A stretch of DNA of 64,000 nt from Squalus acanthias (Eukaryota). Below, in pieces: positions 13,891 through 27,326 of this stretch; within the stretch, counting starts at the first letter, position 1; each line of letters opens with the position of its first letter. The translations under genes and the position numbers were made by a program. The stretch is from contig JASTWF010000200.1 of the NCBI GenBank assembly GCA_030390025.1, positions 496,001-560,000 of the forward strand, given 5' to 3'. Under the pieces are notes generated by a model. That model made no database searches and had not been told where the DNA came from. It saw only the letters and a list, made by a program, of their open reading frames with translations.

Positions 13891-14544
13891 ATCTACCAGA
13901 CAAGCTGAAAAGAGGCGAGGTATATCCTATCCACAACAACCAGATAAATGTAACCCGACCAATTACCACCCTATCAGTTATCTATTGACTATCAGTAAAG
14001 TGATTGAGGAGTTATAAGTAGTGCCGTAAAGTCGCATCTACTCACCAATACCCGGCTCACCGATACTCAGTTTGGGTTCTGCCAGACGCACCCGGATGCA
14101 AACCTCATCACAGCCTCGATACAGACATCTTTTCAATGGGGGTCCAAGGGGGGAAATTTTCCATTGACTGAGGTCAAACCTGCTACAAGGAAAGTGGTCG
14201 TTGTTGTTATACCTCAGTGAAGTGTCCGCAGAGTAGAGACCTCCAGCTGCCTCATCAATTAACTTCCGCCGTCATAAGGTCAGGAGTGGATCGACTCACT
14301 GAAGATTCTGCCGTTTTTCAGCACCATTTACAACTCCTCTGATAGCAGGATCTGGACAAGATCCAGGCTTAGAATGATACGTGGCAGGTAACAAGCCAGC
14401 GTCATAAGTACCAAGTATATTGATCAAAACAAAGATTATCCACCTCCATTTGAATTTCACCGAGTCCACAACCACAAACACTTGGGGATCACTATTGACC
14501 GGAAGCTGAACTGGACCAGCCATATCAACACTGTGACTGCAAGA

Positions 14545-15005
14545 GCAGGGCAGAGGCAGGGCAGAGACTGGACAGAGGCTGGGCAGAGGCTGGGCAGAGG
14601 CTGGGCAGAGGCTGGGCAGAGGCTGGGCAAGAGGATGGGCAGAGGCTGGGCAGAGGCTGGGGAGGGGATGGGCAGGGGCTGGACAGAGGCTGGGCAGAAA
14701 ATGGGCAGGGACTGGGCAGAGGCAGGTCAGAGGCAGGGCAGAGGCTGGGCAGAGGCTGGGCAGGGACAGGGCAGGGGCTTCGCAGAGGCTGGGCAGGGGC
14801 TGGGCAGGAACTGGGCAGAGGATGGACAGAGGCTGGGCAGGGGCTGAACAGAGGCTGGGCAGAGGCTGGACAGAGGCTTGGCAGGGGCTGGGCAGGGGCT
14901 GAACAGAGGCTGGGCAGAGGCTGGACAGTGGCTGGACAGAGGCTGGGCAGAGACTGAGCAGAGGCTGGGCAGAGGATGGACAGGGGCTGAGCAGCGGCTG
15001 GACAC
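14545..15005. repeat. 11-bp minisatellite (GGGCAGAGGCT)n
   Basis: About 40 degenerate tandem copies. Confidence 0.95.
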
Positions 15006-15229
15006 TCTGTGACGAGTGACTCAACGCCTGATCCCCAAAGACTCTCATTTACCCAGAAGCCTCAGGTCAGAAATGTGATGTAATAATCACCACTCACGTG
15101 GTTGGTGCATCTACATCAACACACAGGAAGCTCAACACCATCCAGGACAGAGCAGTTTGTGTGATCGATGTCCGTGTTATACTTTACTCATTATCCACCC
15201 CCTCCAGCACTGCGGGCGCAGTAAGAGTG

Positions 15230-15320
15230 GCGACACCTCAAAGTAATTCATTGGCTGTAAAACGCTTTGGATCGTCCTGAGGTCGTGAAGGGCGCTTAAT
15301 AAATGCAGTTATTCTTTCAT
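15230..15320 (+). mobile_element. SINE 3' end (L2-tail, DeuSINE-type)
   Basis: TTCATTGGCTGTAAAACGCTTTGGATCGTCCTGAGGTCGTGAAGGGCGCTTAATAAATGCA, recognised as a common shark SINE tail; a related relic lies at about 36140-36280. Confidence 0.55.
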
Positions 15321-15459
15321 TAAGTTTGGTCTACAGAATGCACTGCTTCACTCACCAAGTTAATTTGACAGCAGCTCCCTCCCCTGTGACCTTGAGAGCG
15401 AGAAGGAGAAGGGCAGTAATGTCTTGAGAACCATCAGTTCCAACAGTCTATATCAACAA

Positions 15460-15965
15460 CTTAGGTCAGAGACCGAGTGTAATGTGTTGAAGTTTGCTGA
15501 TGGTACAAAGCTAGGTGGGAAAGTAAGCTGTGAGGAGGACACAAAAAGCCTCCAAAGGGATATAGACAGGATAAGTGAGTGGGCCAGAAGTTTGCAGATG
15601 AAGTATCATATCGGAAAATATGGGGGTATTAACATTGGTAGGAAGAATAGAAAATCATTTTATTTTAAAAGGTGGGAAACCTTTAAATGTTGGTGTTCAG
15701 GGAGATTTAGGTGCCCTCATACAGGAAACTCAGAAAGTTAGGGTGCAGGTACAGCAAGCAATTAGGAAGGCAATTGGCATGTTGAAAGGGGTTGGAGTAC
15801 AAGAGTAAGGAAGTGTCGATACAAATGTACGGGGCTTTGGAGATATAGGGATCGGACGAGAAAGTGAGGTTGTGGTCGAAGATCAGTCACGATCTTATTT
15901 AACGAGGGTGCAGGCTCGGGGGGCCCTATGGCCAACTCCTGATCCTTTTTATCATGTTCTTATAT
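15460..15965 (+). mobile_element. Internally deleted CR1 3' fragment
   Basis: KFADGTKLGG..LQRDIDR remnant and CR1 3' UTR. Confidence 0.75.
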
Positions 15966-16165
15966 TCTAACAAACCATCCTTACTTGGACATGTATCCCC
16001 TTCCCTTCATCAGTGCTCAGTCAGAAGACCCAGCACCAGCTTTACAGGTCACCTCGGGATGGACAATAAAGGGAACTTTGCCGGGGACAACAATGACAAA
16101 AGAAAAAATCTCAACAAAATAATTCAATAGGGGTGGAATTGTGAACCGCAATTGTTAATTGCCTG

Positions 16166-18018
16166 AGTCTGTGTCCAGGGAGGGGAATGGAGTCTGTGTC
16201 CAGGGTTGGGAATGGAATCTGTGTCCAGGGAGGGGAATGGAGCCTGTGTCCAGGAGGGGAATGATGTCTGTGTCCAGGGAGGGGAATGGAGTTTGAGTCT
16301 AGGGAGGGAAATGGAGTCTGTGTCCATGGAGGGGAATGGAGCCTGTGTCCAGAGAGGAGAATGGCGTCTGTGTCCAGGGAGGGCAATGGAGTCAGTGCCC
16401 AGTGAGGGGAATGCAGTCTGTGTCCAGGGAGGGGAATGCAGTCTGTGTCCAGGGAGGGGAATGGAGTCTGTGTCCAGGGAGGTGAATGATGTCTGTGTCC
16501 AGGGAGGGGAATGCAGTCTTTGTCCAGGAAGGGGAATGGAGACTGTGTCCAGGGAGGGGAATGGAGTCTGTGTCCAGGGAGGGGAATGGAGTCTTTGCCC
16601 AGGGAGGATAACGGAGTTTGTGTCCAGGGAGGGAAATGGAGTCTGTGTCCAGGGAGGGGAAAGGAGTCTGTGTCCAGGGAGGGAAATGGAGTCGGCGTCC
16701 AGGGAGGGGAATGGAGTCTGTGTAAAGGGAGGGGAATGGAGTCTATGTCCAGGGAGGGGAATGCAGTCTGTGTCCAGGAGGGGAATGGAGTCTGTGTCCA
16801 GGGAGTGGAACGGAGTTTGTGTCCAGGGAGGTAAATGGATTCTCTGTCCAGGGAGGGGAATGGAAGCTGTGTCCTAGGTTGGGAAAGGAGTCTGTGTCCA
16901 GGGTGGGGAACGGAGTCAGTGCCCAGGGAGGGGAATGGAGTCTGTTTCCAGGGAGGGGAATGGAGTCTGTGTCCAGGGAGGGGAATGGAGTCTGTGTCCA
17001 GAGTTGGGAATGGAATCTGTGTCCAGGGAGGGGAATGGAGGCTGTGTCCAGGAGGGGAATGATGTATGTGTCCAGGGAGGGGAATGCAGCCTGTGTCCAG
17101 GAGGGGAATGGAGTCTGTGTCCAGGGAGGGGAATGGAGTTTGTGTCCAGGGAGGTAAATGGATTCTTTGTCCAGGGAGGGGAATGGAAGCTGTGTCCTAG
17201 GTGGGGAAAGGAGTCTGTGTCCAGGGTGGGGAACGGAGTCAGTGTCCAGGGAGGGGAATGGAGTCTGTTTCCAGGGAGGGGAATGGAGACTGTGTCCAGG
17301 GAGGGTAATGGATTCTGTGTCCAGGGAGGGGAATGGAGTCTGTGTCCAGGGAGGGGAATGGAGTCTGTGTCCAGAGTTGGGAATGGAATCTGTGTCCAGG
17401 GAGGGGAATGGAGGCTGTGTCCAGGAGGGGAATGATGTATGTGTCCAGGGAAGGGAATGCAGTCTGTGTCCAGGGAGTGGAATGCAGTCTGTGTCCAGGG
17501 AGGGGAATGGAGCCTGTGTCCAGGGAGGGGAATGGAGTATATGTCCAGGGAGGGGAATGGAGTCTTTGTCCAGGAAGGGGAATGGAGACTGTGTCCAGGG
17601 AGGGGAATGGAGTCTGTGTCCAGGGAGGGTAATGGAGTCTTTGTCCAGGAAGGGGAATGGAGACTGTGTCCAGGGAGGAAAATGGAGTCTGTGTCCAGGG
17701 AGGGGAATGATGTCTGTGTCCAGGGAGGGGAATGGAAGCTGTGTCCAGGGAGGGGAACGGAGTTTGTGTCCAGGGAGGTAAATGGAGTATTTGTCCAGGG
17801 AGGGGAATGGAGGCTGTGTCCTGGGTGGGGAATGGAGTCTGTGTTCAGGGAGGGGAATGCAGTCTGTGTCCAGGAAGGGGAATGGAGTCTGTTTCCAGGT
17901 AGGGGAATGGAGTCTGTGTCCAGGGTGGGGAATGGAGTCTGTGCCCAGGGAGGAGAATGGAGTCTGTGTCCAGGGAGGGGAATGGAGTCTGTGTCCAGGG
18001 AGGAGAATTGGTGTCTGT
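16166..18018. repeat. 25-bp G-rich minisatellite (GGAGTCTGTGTCCAGGGAGGGGAAT), about 74 copies, in the GPCR intron
   Basis: Tandem unit seen; source of many spurious repetitive ORFs. Confidence 0.97.
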
Positions 18019-19075
18019 GTTGTGGGTGTGGAGTTCGTGGCGATGGCCGAAGACAATGACTTCAATTGTGTGCTGAAAATTTAATCAATAATTGAATTAC
18101 TTGTAGATATCAGAACCTTCACATCCAAAGTATTTAATCCACAAAGTATAAATGTCTTCGAGGAGAACTTTCCGAGTACCTTACAAATAACCTTTAAAGA
18201 ACAGACTGTCGCTTTAAATAGACTGATAATGTGACCCACATTGTAAGATGTCACGGTGGAGTTTCAGAAAGTGTCTGAACACAGCTGGAGCCGTGTTAAC
18301 CTGCTGCCTTTCACCTGCTGTGAGAACTGAACAGATCAACAATGGTAGAACTGCAAATATCTAAACATTTCACTATTACATCGGCTGAAAACATTTCCAC
18401 CAACAGGAGATGTTGGACAGTCCGTGCGGACCTCACCGAGATCTCCTGAACTGTGGCTGAACAATGGAAATAAATCAGTTCAAACACAACTGAATAAACA
18501 TTTTACTGGAACATATATTACAGTTTAAATCCTGTCCTGACCATCTGGAATCAGTGACCGTGAGGCAGAACCAGAGACGGTGGAAAGTAAGACAGCTGAC
18601 TGGAGCTGAATCATTGGTGGATATTGTCCCATATTTCAGTGTATTTGTGATCTGTCTGTCAGCGCTGGTTTCCACAGATCAGTGTCATTAGCCATATCCA
18701 GCGGACCTTAGAACTCCTGTTACCCCTGAACACATATTTCTGATCCGATACCAGGGCTCAGTGCAGAGAGCAGACTGCAAGCTGTTCAATAAAGAGAATC
18801 GATCACTGACATTTCTCGTCTAAAACATTCAAATAACAGTCACATACTGTAAAAGAATATCAGTGGAAGCAAGTTGTGAAAAGTACAAATTGTTAATTGA
18901 ACTGGGAGCAGTGAATCGGCAACTGATCAAATATCACTTGATAGAAACACGGTGCATTACCAGACACAGAACAAGTGGATTAAATTGAATACAATTAATA
19001 CCGGATCTAAAGGACAAGGACAGTAAATACTTTGAGGCATTGCTTCCAAGATTAATTGCTGAAATAATGACTCAC

Positions 19076-19181
19076 TGGGAACGCCAAAAGCAGCGAGGAG
19101 CGGATAGTAAATCCTTTGCACATCGAAAAAGGTCCAACGTATCCAGAGTTCAGGTGGAATCTCCCAGAAAATGTCACCCAT
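19076..19181 (-). CDS. GPR139-like GPCR exon 1 (MGDIFWEIPPELWIRWTFFDVQRIYYPLLAAFGVP)
   Basis: ATG at 19181, 35 codons plus 1 nt, then donor GTGAGT at 19075. The phase matches exon 2, giving ...FGVP-M-NLVTIVIL... and 334 aa. YYPLLAAFGVP-N is a typical TM1 start. Intron is 9290 bp. Confidence 0.85.
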
Positions 19182-19263
19182 TGTCTGTCCAATTCAATGG
19201 TCGCTGTTTGTATTGGAGACCACACTCAGTCAAACACTGATGGACACACTGAAAACTGTCCAT

Positions 19264-19270
19264 ATTTATA
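19264..19270 (-). promoter_or_regulatory. TATA box of the GPCR gene
   Basis: TATAAAT on the minus strand about 85 bp upstream of the exon 1 ATG. Confidence 0.55.
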
Positions 19271-19629
19271 GCCTGAGGGAACTCTCCAGTGAGATAATTA
19301 AACTACACACTGACTGACATTAATTACAGTTACAGAACAAACAAGGTGACATAATCCTTTCGCTCCATCACTTTCTATTGCACAATATATTAAAAGCAAC
19401 GTGGCATTCATAGCAAGTGAATTCAACCAAATTCAAGAACTTTACTTCCAGCACAATTGTTAAACAAAAAGGAACATTGAATTCCGCAGCCTCACAGCAT
19501 GAATGTGAAGTGAGCGTCATTTACACAGTTGCGATTATTTCTGTGATGTAATGTCACCTGTAATTTCAGAATTTCAATTCAATTCTTAGTGCAAAAGACA
19601 AAATGGATGGAGAAAGGCAGATCATGTAA

Positions 19630-22600
19630 GGGTCAGTAAGGATACATGGGGGCTGATAATAAAATGGTCAGTAAGGATACTTGGTGACAGGTAATAAAAT
19701 GATCAGTAAGGATACATGGGGAATGAAAATACAATGAACAGTGATGATACATGGGGACAGATAATACAATGGTCAGCAAGGAAACATGGGGAGAGATAAT
19801 ACAATGGTCAGTAAGGACACATGGGGACTGTTAATACAATGGTCAGAAAGGATACATCTGGACTGGAAATACAATGATCAGTAAGAATACAAGGGGACTG
19901 ATAATACAAAGGTCAGTAAGGATACATGGGTGCTGATAATACAATCGAAACAAGGATACATGGGGACTGATAATATATTGGTCAGTAAGGATACATGGGG
20001 ACAGATACAACAATGGTCAGTAATGATTCATGGGGGCTGATAATACAATGGTCAGTTAGGATACAGGGGGACTGAAAATACAAAAGTCAGTAAGGATAGA
20101 TGTGGAGTGATAATACCATGTTCAGTAAGGATACATGGGGACAGATAATTAAATGGTCAGCAACGATTTAGGAGGACTGATAATACAATGATCAGTAAGG
20201 ATACATGGGGACTGATGATACACAAGATCAGTAACGATATAGGAGGACTGATAATACAAAGGTCAGCAACGATTTAGGAGGACTGATAATAAAATGGTCA
20301 GTAATGATACATGGGTACTGATAATAAAATGGTCAGTAATGATACATGGGGACTGATAATACAATGTTCAGTAAGGATACATGGGGACAGGTAATGCAAT
20401 GGTCAGTAAGGATTCATGGGGAATGAAAATAAAATGAACAGTGATGATACATGGGGACAGGTAATAAAATGGTCAGCAAGGATACATGGGGTCTGAAAAT
20501 GCAATGGTCAGTAAGGATACATGGGGACTGATTATACAATGATCAGTAAGGATACATTGGAACTGATAATACAATGATCAGTAAGGATACATGGGGACTG
20601 ATAATCCATTGGTCAGTAAGGATACATGGTGGCAGATAATACAATGGTCAGTAAGGATACATGGGGAATGAAAATACAATGAACAGTGGTGATACATGGG
20701 ACAGATAATACAGTGTTCAACAAGGATACATGGGTTCTGATAATACAATGGTCAGTAAGGATACATGGGGACTGATGATACAAAAGGTCAGGAACGATAT
20801 AGGAGGACTGATAATACAATGATCAGTAACGATACATGGGGACAGATAATACAATAATCAGAAAGTATACATGGAACTGATAATACAATGGTCAGTAAGG
20901 ATACATGGAACTGATAATACAATGGTCAGTAAGGATACATCGGGACAGATAATACAATGGACAGTAAGGATACATGGGGACAGATAATACAATCGTCAGC
21001 GTGCATTCATGGGGACTGATAATACAATGGTCATTAAGGATACATGGGGACTGACAATACAATAGTCAGTAAGGATTCATGGGGACACATAATACAATGG
21101 TCAGTAAGGATAGATGGGGACTGATAATACAATCGTCAGCGTGCATTCATGGGGACTGATAATACAATGGTCATTAAGGATACATGAGGACTGATAATAC
21201 CACGGTCAGTAAGGATACGTGGGGGCAGATAATACAATGGTCAGCAAGGATACATGGAGGCTGATAATCCAATGGTCAATAAGGATACATGGGGAATGAA
21301 AATACAATGAATAGTGGTGATACATGGGACAGATAATACAATGTTCAAAAAGGATACATGGGGACTGATAATACATTGGTCAGGAAGGAATCATGGGGAC
21401 TGATGATACAAAAGGTCAGGAACGATGCATGTGTACTGATAATACAATGGTCAGTAAGGATACATTGGGACTGATGATACGATGGTCAGTAAGGATGCAT
21501 GGGGATTAATATTGCAATGTCAGTAAGGGTATATGGGGACTGATAATACAATGGTCAGTAAGGATACATGGGGACTGAAAATACAATGATGATTTAGGAT
21601 ACATGGGGATAGATAATACAATGTTCAGTAAGGATACATGGGAACTGAAAATACGATTGTCTGTAAGGATACATGGGGAATGATAATACATTGGTCAGTA
21701 AGGATAAATGGGGACTGATAATACAAAGGTCAGTAACGATATAGGAGAACTGATAATACTATGGTCAGTAAGTATACATGGGTTGAACGAAAATACAATG
21801 ATCAGTAATGATACATGGGGACTGATAATACGATGGTCAGTAAGGATGCATTAGGAGTGAAAAAACAATAGTCAGTAATGACACATGGGGACTGATAATA
21901 CAATGGACAGTAAGGATACATACGGGCTGATAATTCAATGGACAATATGTATACATGCGGACTAATAATACAATGTTTGGTAAGGAAACATGGGACTGAT
22001 AATACAGTGGTCTGTAAGGCTAAATGGGGATTGATAATACAATGGTAATAAGGATACATGGGTACTTACAATACAATGGTCAGGAAGGATACTGGTGGAC
22101 TGAAAATACAATGGTCAGTAATGATACATGGGGACTGATAATAAATTGGTCAATATGTAAACATGGTGACTGATAATACAATTGTCAGTAAGGATATATG
22201 GGAACTGATAATACAATGATTAGTCAGGACACATGGGGACTGATACTACAATGATCAGCAAGGATATATGGTGGTGGATAATACAATGGTCAGTAAAGAT
22301 ACATGGGGATTGATAATACAGTGGTCAGTAAGGATACATGGGGACCCATAATACAATGATCAGTAAGGACACAAGGACTGATAATTCAATGGACAGTAAG
22401 GATACATGTGGACTGATAATACAATGATCAGTAAGGATACAGGTGGCCTGATAATGCAATGGTCAGTAAGTATACATGTTGGCTGATTATACAATCGTCA
22501 GTAAGGATGCATGGTGTCTGATAATACAATGATCAATAAGGATACATGGGGACTGATAATACATTGATCAGTAAGGAAACATTGGGGTTAATTAATACAA

Positions 22601-25600
22601 TGGACAATAAGAATACAATGGGACTGATAATACAATAGTCAGTAAGAATACATGGGGACGGATAATTCAATGGTCAGTAAGGTTATCTGGGTGCTGATAA
22701 TACAATGGTCAGTAAGGATTCCTGTGAACTGGAAAAACAATGATCAGTAAGGACAAATGGGACTGATAATACAATGGTCAGTAAGGATTCATGGGGACTG
22801 ATAATACAATGATCAGTAAGGATACATGTGGATTGACAATACAATGGTCAGTACGGACACATGAGGACTGATAATACAGTGGTCGGTAATGAAATATTGG
22901 GATAAATAATGCAATGTTGAATAAGTATACATGGGGAATGGTAATACAATAGTCAGTTAGGATACCCGAGGGCTGGTAATGCAATGGTCTGTAAGGATAC
23001 ATGGGGTCTGATAATACAATGGCCAGCTAGGATACGTGAGGACTGATAATACAATGTTCTGTAAGGATACATGGGGACTGATAATACAATGGTCAGTTAG
23101 GATAGCTGAGGGCTGATAATACAATGGTCAGTAAGGATACATGGGGACTGATAATGAAATGGTCAGTAAGGATACATGGAGACTGATAATGCAGTGGTCA
23201 GTTAGGATACCTGAGGGCTGATAATACAATGGTCAGTAAGGATACATGGGGACTGATAATTCAATGGTCAGTAAGGATACATGGGGACTGATAATACAAT
23301 GATCACTAAGGATACATGCGGATTGACAACACAATGGTCAGTAAAGACACATGGGGTCAGATAATACAATCGTCAGTAAGGTTAATTAGGAACTGTTAAT
23401 GCAATGGCCAGTAAGAATACATGCGGACTGATAATACAATGGTCAGTAAGGACGCATGGCGTCTGATAATACAATGGTCAGTAAGGAAACATTGGGACAA
23501 ATAATACCATGTCCAATAAGTGTACATGGGGACTGATAATACAATATTCAGTAAGGCTACACGTAGACTGATAATACAATGGTCAGTAAGGATCCTTGGG
23601 GGCGGATAATCCACTGGTCTGTAATTATACAAAGGGACTGATAATACAATGGTCAGAAAGGATACAGGAGGACTGATAATAAAATGGACAGTAATGATAC
23701 ATGGGGACTGATAATACAATGATCAGTAAGGATATATGCGGATTGACAATACAATGGTCTGTAAGGACACATGGGGACTGATAATGCAATCGTCATTAAG
23801 GTTAATTCGGGACTGTTAAGACAATGATCAGTAAGCATACATGGTGGCTGATAATACAGTGGTCAGTAAAGATACGTGGGGTCTGATGATACAACGATCA
23901 GTAAGGATACATGGGGACTGATAACACAATGGTCAGGAAGGATACATGGTGGTGGATAATACAATGGTCAGTAAAGAAACATGGGGACTGATAATACAAT
24001 GGTCAGTAAAGATACATGGGGACTGATAATGCAATGATCAGTAAGGATACATGTGGATTGACAATACAATGGTCAGTACGGACACATGGGGACTGATAAT
24101 ACAGTGGTCAGTAAGGAAATATTGGGATAAATAATGCAATGGTCAATAAGTATACATGGGGACTGATAATACAATAATCAGTAAGAATACATGGCGACTG
24201 ATAATACAATGGTCAGTTAGGATACCTGGGGGCTGATAATACAATGATCACTAAGGATACATGCGGATTGACAACACAATGGTCAGTAAAGACACATGGG
24301 GTCAGATAATACAATCGTCAGTAAGGTTAATTAGGAACTGTTAATGCAATGGCCAGTAAGAATACATGCGGACTGATAATACAATGGTCAGTAAGGACGC
24401 ATGGCGTCTGATAATACAATGGTCAGTAAGGAAACATTGGGACAAATAATACCATGTCCAATAAGTGTACATGGGGACTGATAATACAATATTCAGTAAG
24501 GCTACACGTAGACTGATAATACAATGGTCAGTAAGGATCCTTGGGGGCGGATAATCCACTGGTCTGTAATTATACAAAGGGACTGATAATACAATGGTCA
24601 GAAAGGATACAGGAGGACTGATAATAAAATGGACAGTAATGATACATGGGGACTGATAATACAATGATCAGTAAGGATATATGCGGATTGACAATACAAT
24701 GGTCTGTAAGGACACATGGGGACTGATAATGCAATCGTCATTAAGGTTAATTCGGGACTGTTAAGACAATGATCAGTAAGCATACATGGTGGCTGATAAT
24801 ACAGTGGTCAGTAAAGATACGTGGGGTCTGATGATACAACGATCAGTAAGGATACATGGGGACTGATAACACAATGGTCAGGAAGGATACATGGTGGTGG
24901 ATAATACAATGGTCAGTAAAGAAACATGGGGACTGATAATACAATGGTCAGTAAAGATACATGGGGACTGATAATGCAATGATCAGTAAGGATACATGTG
25001 GATTGACAATACAATGGTCAGTACGGACACATGGGGACTGATAATACAGTGGTCAGTAAGGAAATATTGGGATAAATAATGCAATGGTCAATAAGTATAC
25101 ATGGGGACTGATAATACAATAATCAGTAAGAATACATGGCGACTGATAATACAATGGTCAGTTAGGATACCTGGGGGCTGATAATACAATGGTCTGTAAG
25201 GATACATGGGGACTGATAATAAAATGGTCACTAAGGATACATGGTGGTGGATAATACAATGATCAGTACAGATACATGGGGACTGATAATACAATGATCA
25301 TTAAGGATACATGCGGATTGACAATACAATGGTCAGTAAGGACACATGGGGACAGATAATACAATGTTCAGTAAGGTTAATTAGGGACTGTTAATGCAAT
25401 GGCCAGTAAGAATACTTGCGGACTGATAATACAATGGTCAGTAAGGATACTGGTGTACTGATAATACTATGGTCAGTAAGGATACATGGGGACTGATAAC
25501 ACAATGGTCAGTAAGGAAACATTGGGAGAAATAATACAATGGCCATTAAGTGCACATGGGGACTGATAATACAATATTCAGTAAGAATGCATGGGGACTG

Positions 25601-27326
25601 AAAATACAATGGTCAGTAAGGTTACACGGGGACTGATAATACAATCGTCAGTATGGATAATTGGGGGCTGATAATACAAAGGTCTGTAAGTATACAAAAG
25701 GTCTGATAATACAATGGTTACAGATAATACAATGTTCAGTAAAGTTACATGGGGATTAAAATTCACTGGTAGGTAAGGATACATGGGGACAGATAAATAA
25801 ATGGTCAATAAGTGTACACGTGGACTGAAAATACAATGGTCAGTAAGGAAACAGGGGGAATGAGAATACAATAGTCAGTAAGTGTACATGGGTGGGAATA
25901 ATACTATGGTCAGTAAGGAAACATGGGGATTGATAATACAATGGTCAGTAAGGATACATGGTGGCTGATAATACAGTGATTAGTAAGGATACTTGGGGAC
26001 TGATAATACAATGGTCAGTAAGGACACAAGGGGACTGATAATACAATGGTCATTAAGGATACATGGGGGAATGAAAATTCAATGATCAGTAAGGATACAT
26101 TGGGACTGATAAGAGAATGTTCAGTAAGGGTACATGGGGACTGCAAATACAAAGATCAGCAAGGATACATGGGGTCTGATAATAAAATGCTCAGTATGGA
26201 TACATTGCGACTCATAATCCAATGGTTAGTAAGGATACATGAGGACTGATAATGCAATGGTCAGTAATGATAAATGTGAACTGTTAATACGGTCGTCAGT
26301 AAGGATACATTTGGGGCTGATAATACAATAATCAGTAAGGATAAATGGAGACATTTAATACAAAGGTCACTAAGGATACATGGGGAATGAAAATACAATG
26401 ATCAGTAATGATACATGGCGACAGATAATCCGAAGGTCAGTAAAGATCCATGGGGACAAATAATGCAATAATCAGTAAGGATTCGTGGGGACTGATAATA
26501 CAAATGTCAGTAAGGATACATGAGGTCTAATAATCCAATGATCAGTAATGAAACATGCGGATTGACAATACAATGGTCAGTAAGGACACATGGGGACAGA
26601 TAATACAATGTTCAGTCAGGTTAATTAGGGACTGTTAATGCAATCGCCAGTAAGAATACTTGCGGACTGATAATACAATGGTCAGTAAGGATACTGGTGT
26701 ACTGATAATACAATGGTCAGTAAGGATACATGGGGACTGATAACACAATGGTCAGTAAGGAAACATTGGGACAAATAATACAATGTCCATTAAGTGTGCA
26801 TGGGGACTGATAATACAATATTCAGTAAGAATACATGGGGACTGAAAATACAATGGTCAGTAAGGCTACACGGGGACTGATAATACAATGGTCAGTATGG
26901 ACACTTGGGGGCTGATAATACAAAGGTCTGTAAGTATACAAAAGGTCTGATAATACAATGGTTACAGATAATACAATGTTCAGTAAAGTTACATGGGGAT
27001 TAAAATTCAATGGTTGGTAAGGATACATGGGGACAGATAATACAATGGTCAGTAAGTGTACACGTGGACTGATAATACAATGGTCGGTAAGGATACATGG
27101 AGACTGATAATACAATAGTCATTAAGGATACATGGGGACTGATAATACGATGGTCAGTAAGGATACATGCGGGCTGATAATACAATATGCGGTAAGGATA
27201 CATGGGGACTGGTAATACAATGGTCAGTAAGGATTCATGGGGGAATTAAATTCAATGGTCAGTAAGGATACATGGTGACTTATAAGACAATGGTCAGTAA
27301 GGATACATGAGGACTGAAAACACAAT
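19630..27326. repeat. 35-bp satellite (GGATACATGGGGACTGATAATACAATGGTCAGTAA), about 220 copies, with higher-order duplications
   Basis: Tandem unit seen. Identical ORF translations offset by 945 bp (27 x 35) at 23396/24341 and 23653/24598. Confidence 0.97.

Larger units (their letters stand above)
11740..15460 (+). mobile_element. Highly decayed LINE (CR1/L2-like), fragmented by nested insertions and minisatellites
   Basis: Remnants of EN (DFHVQHQE, NLLDVIFT) and RT (YHPISYL, QFGF, GITIDRKLNWTSHINT). Interrupted at 12255-12700, 12800-12905, 13450-13890, 14545-15005 and 15230-15320. Confidence 0.6.

Noticed and set aside
16111-18084. Long repetitive ORFs (up to 440 aa) in the 25-bp array
   Set aside because: Open frames on both strands are a by-product of a stop-poor tandem unit inside an intron.
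19630-27326. Regular 35-bp periodicity suggestive of a CRISPR array
   Set aside because: Head-to-tail repeats with no unique spacers, no cas genes, and vertebrate context.
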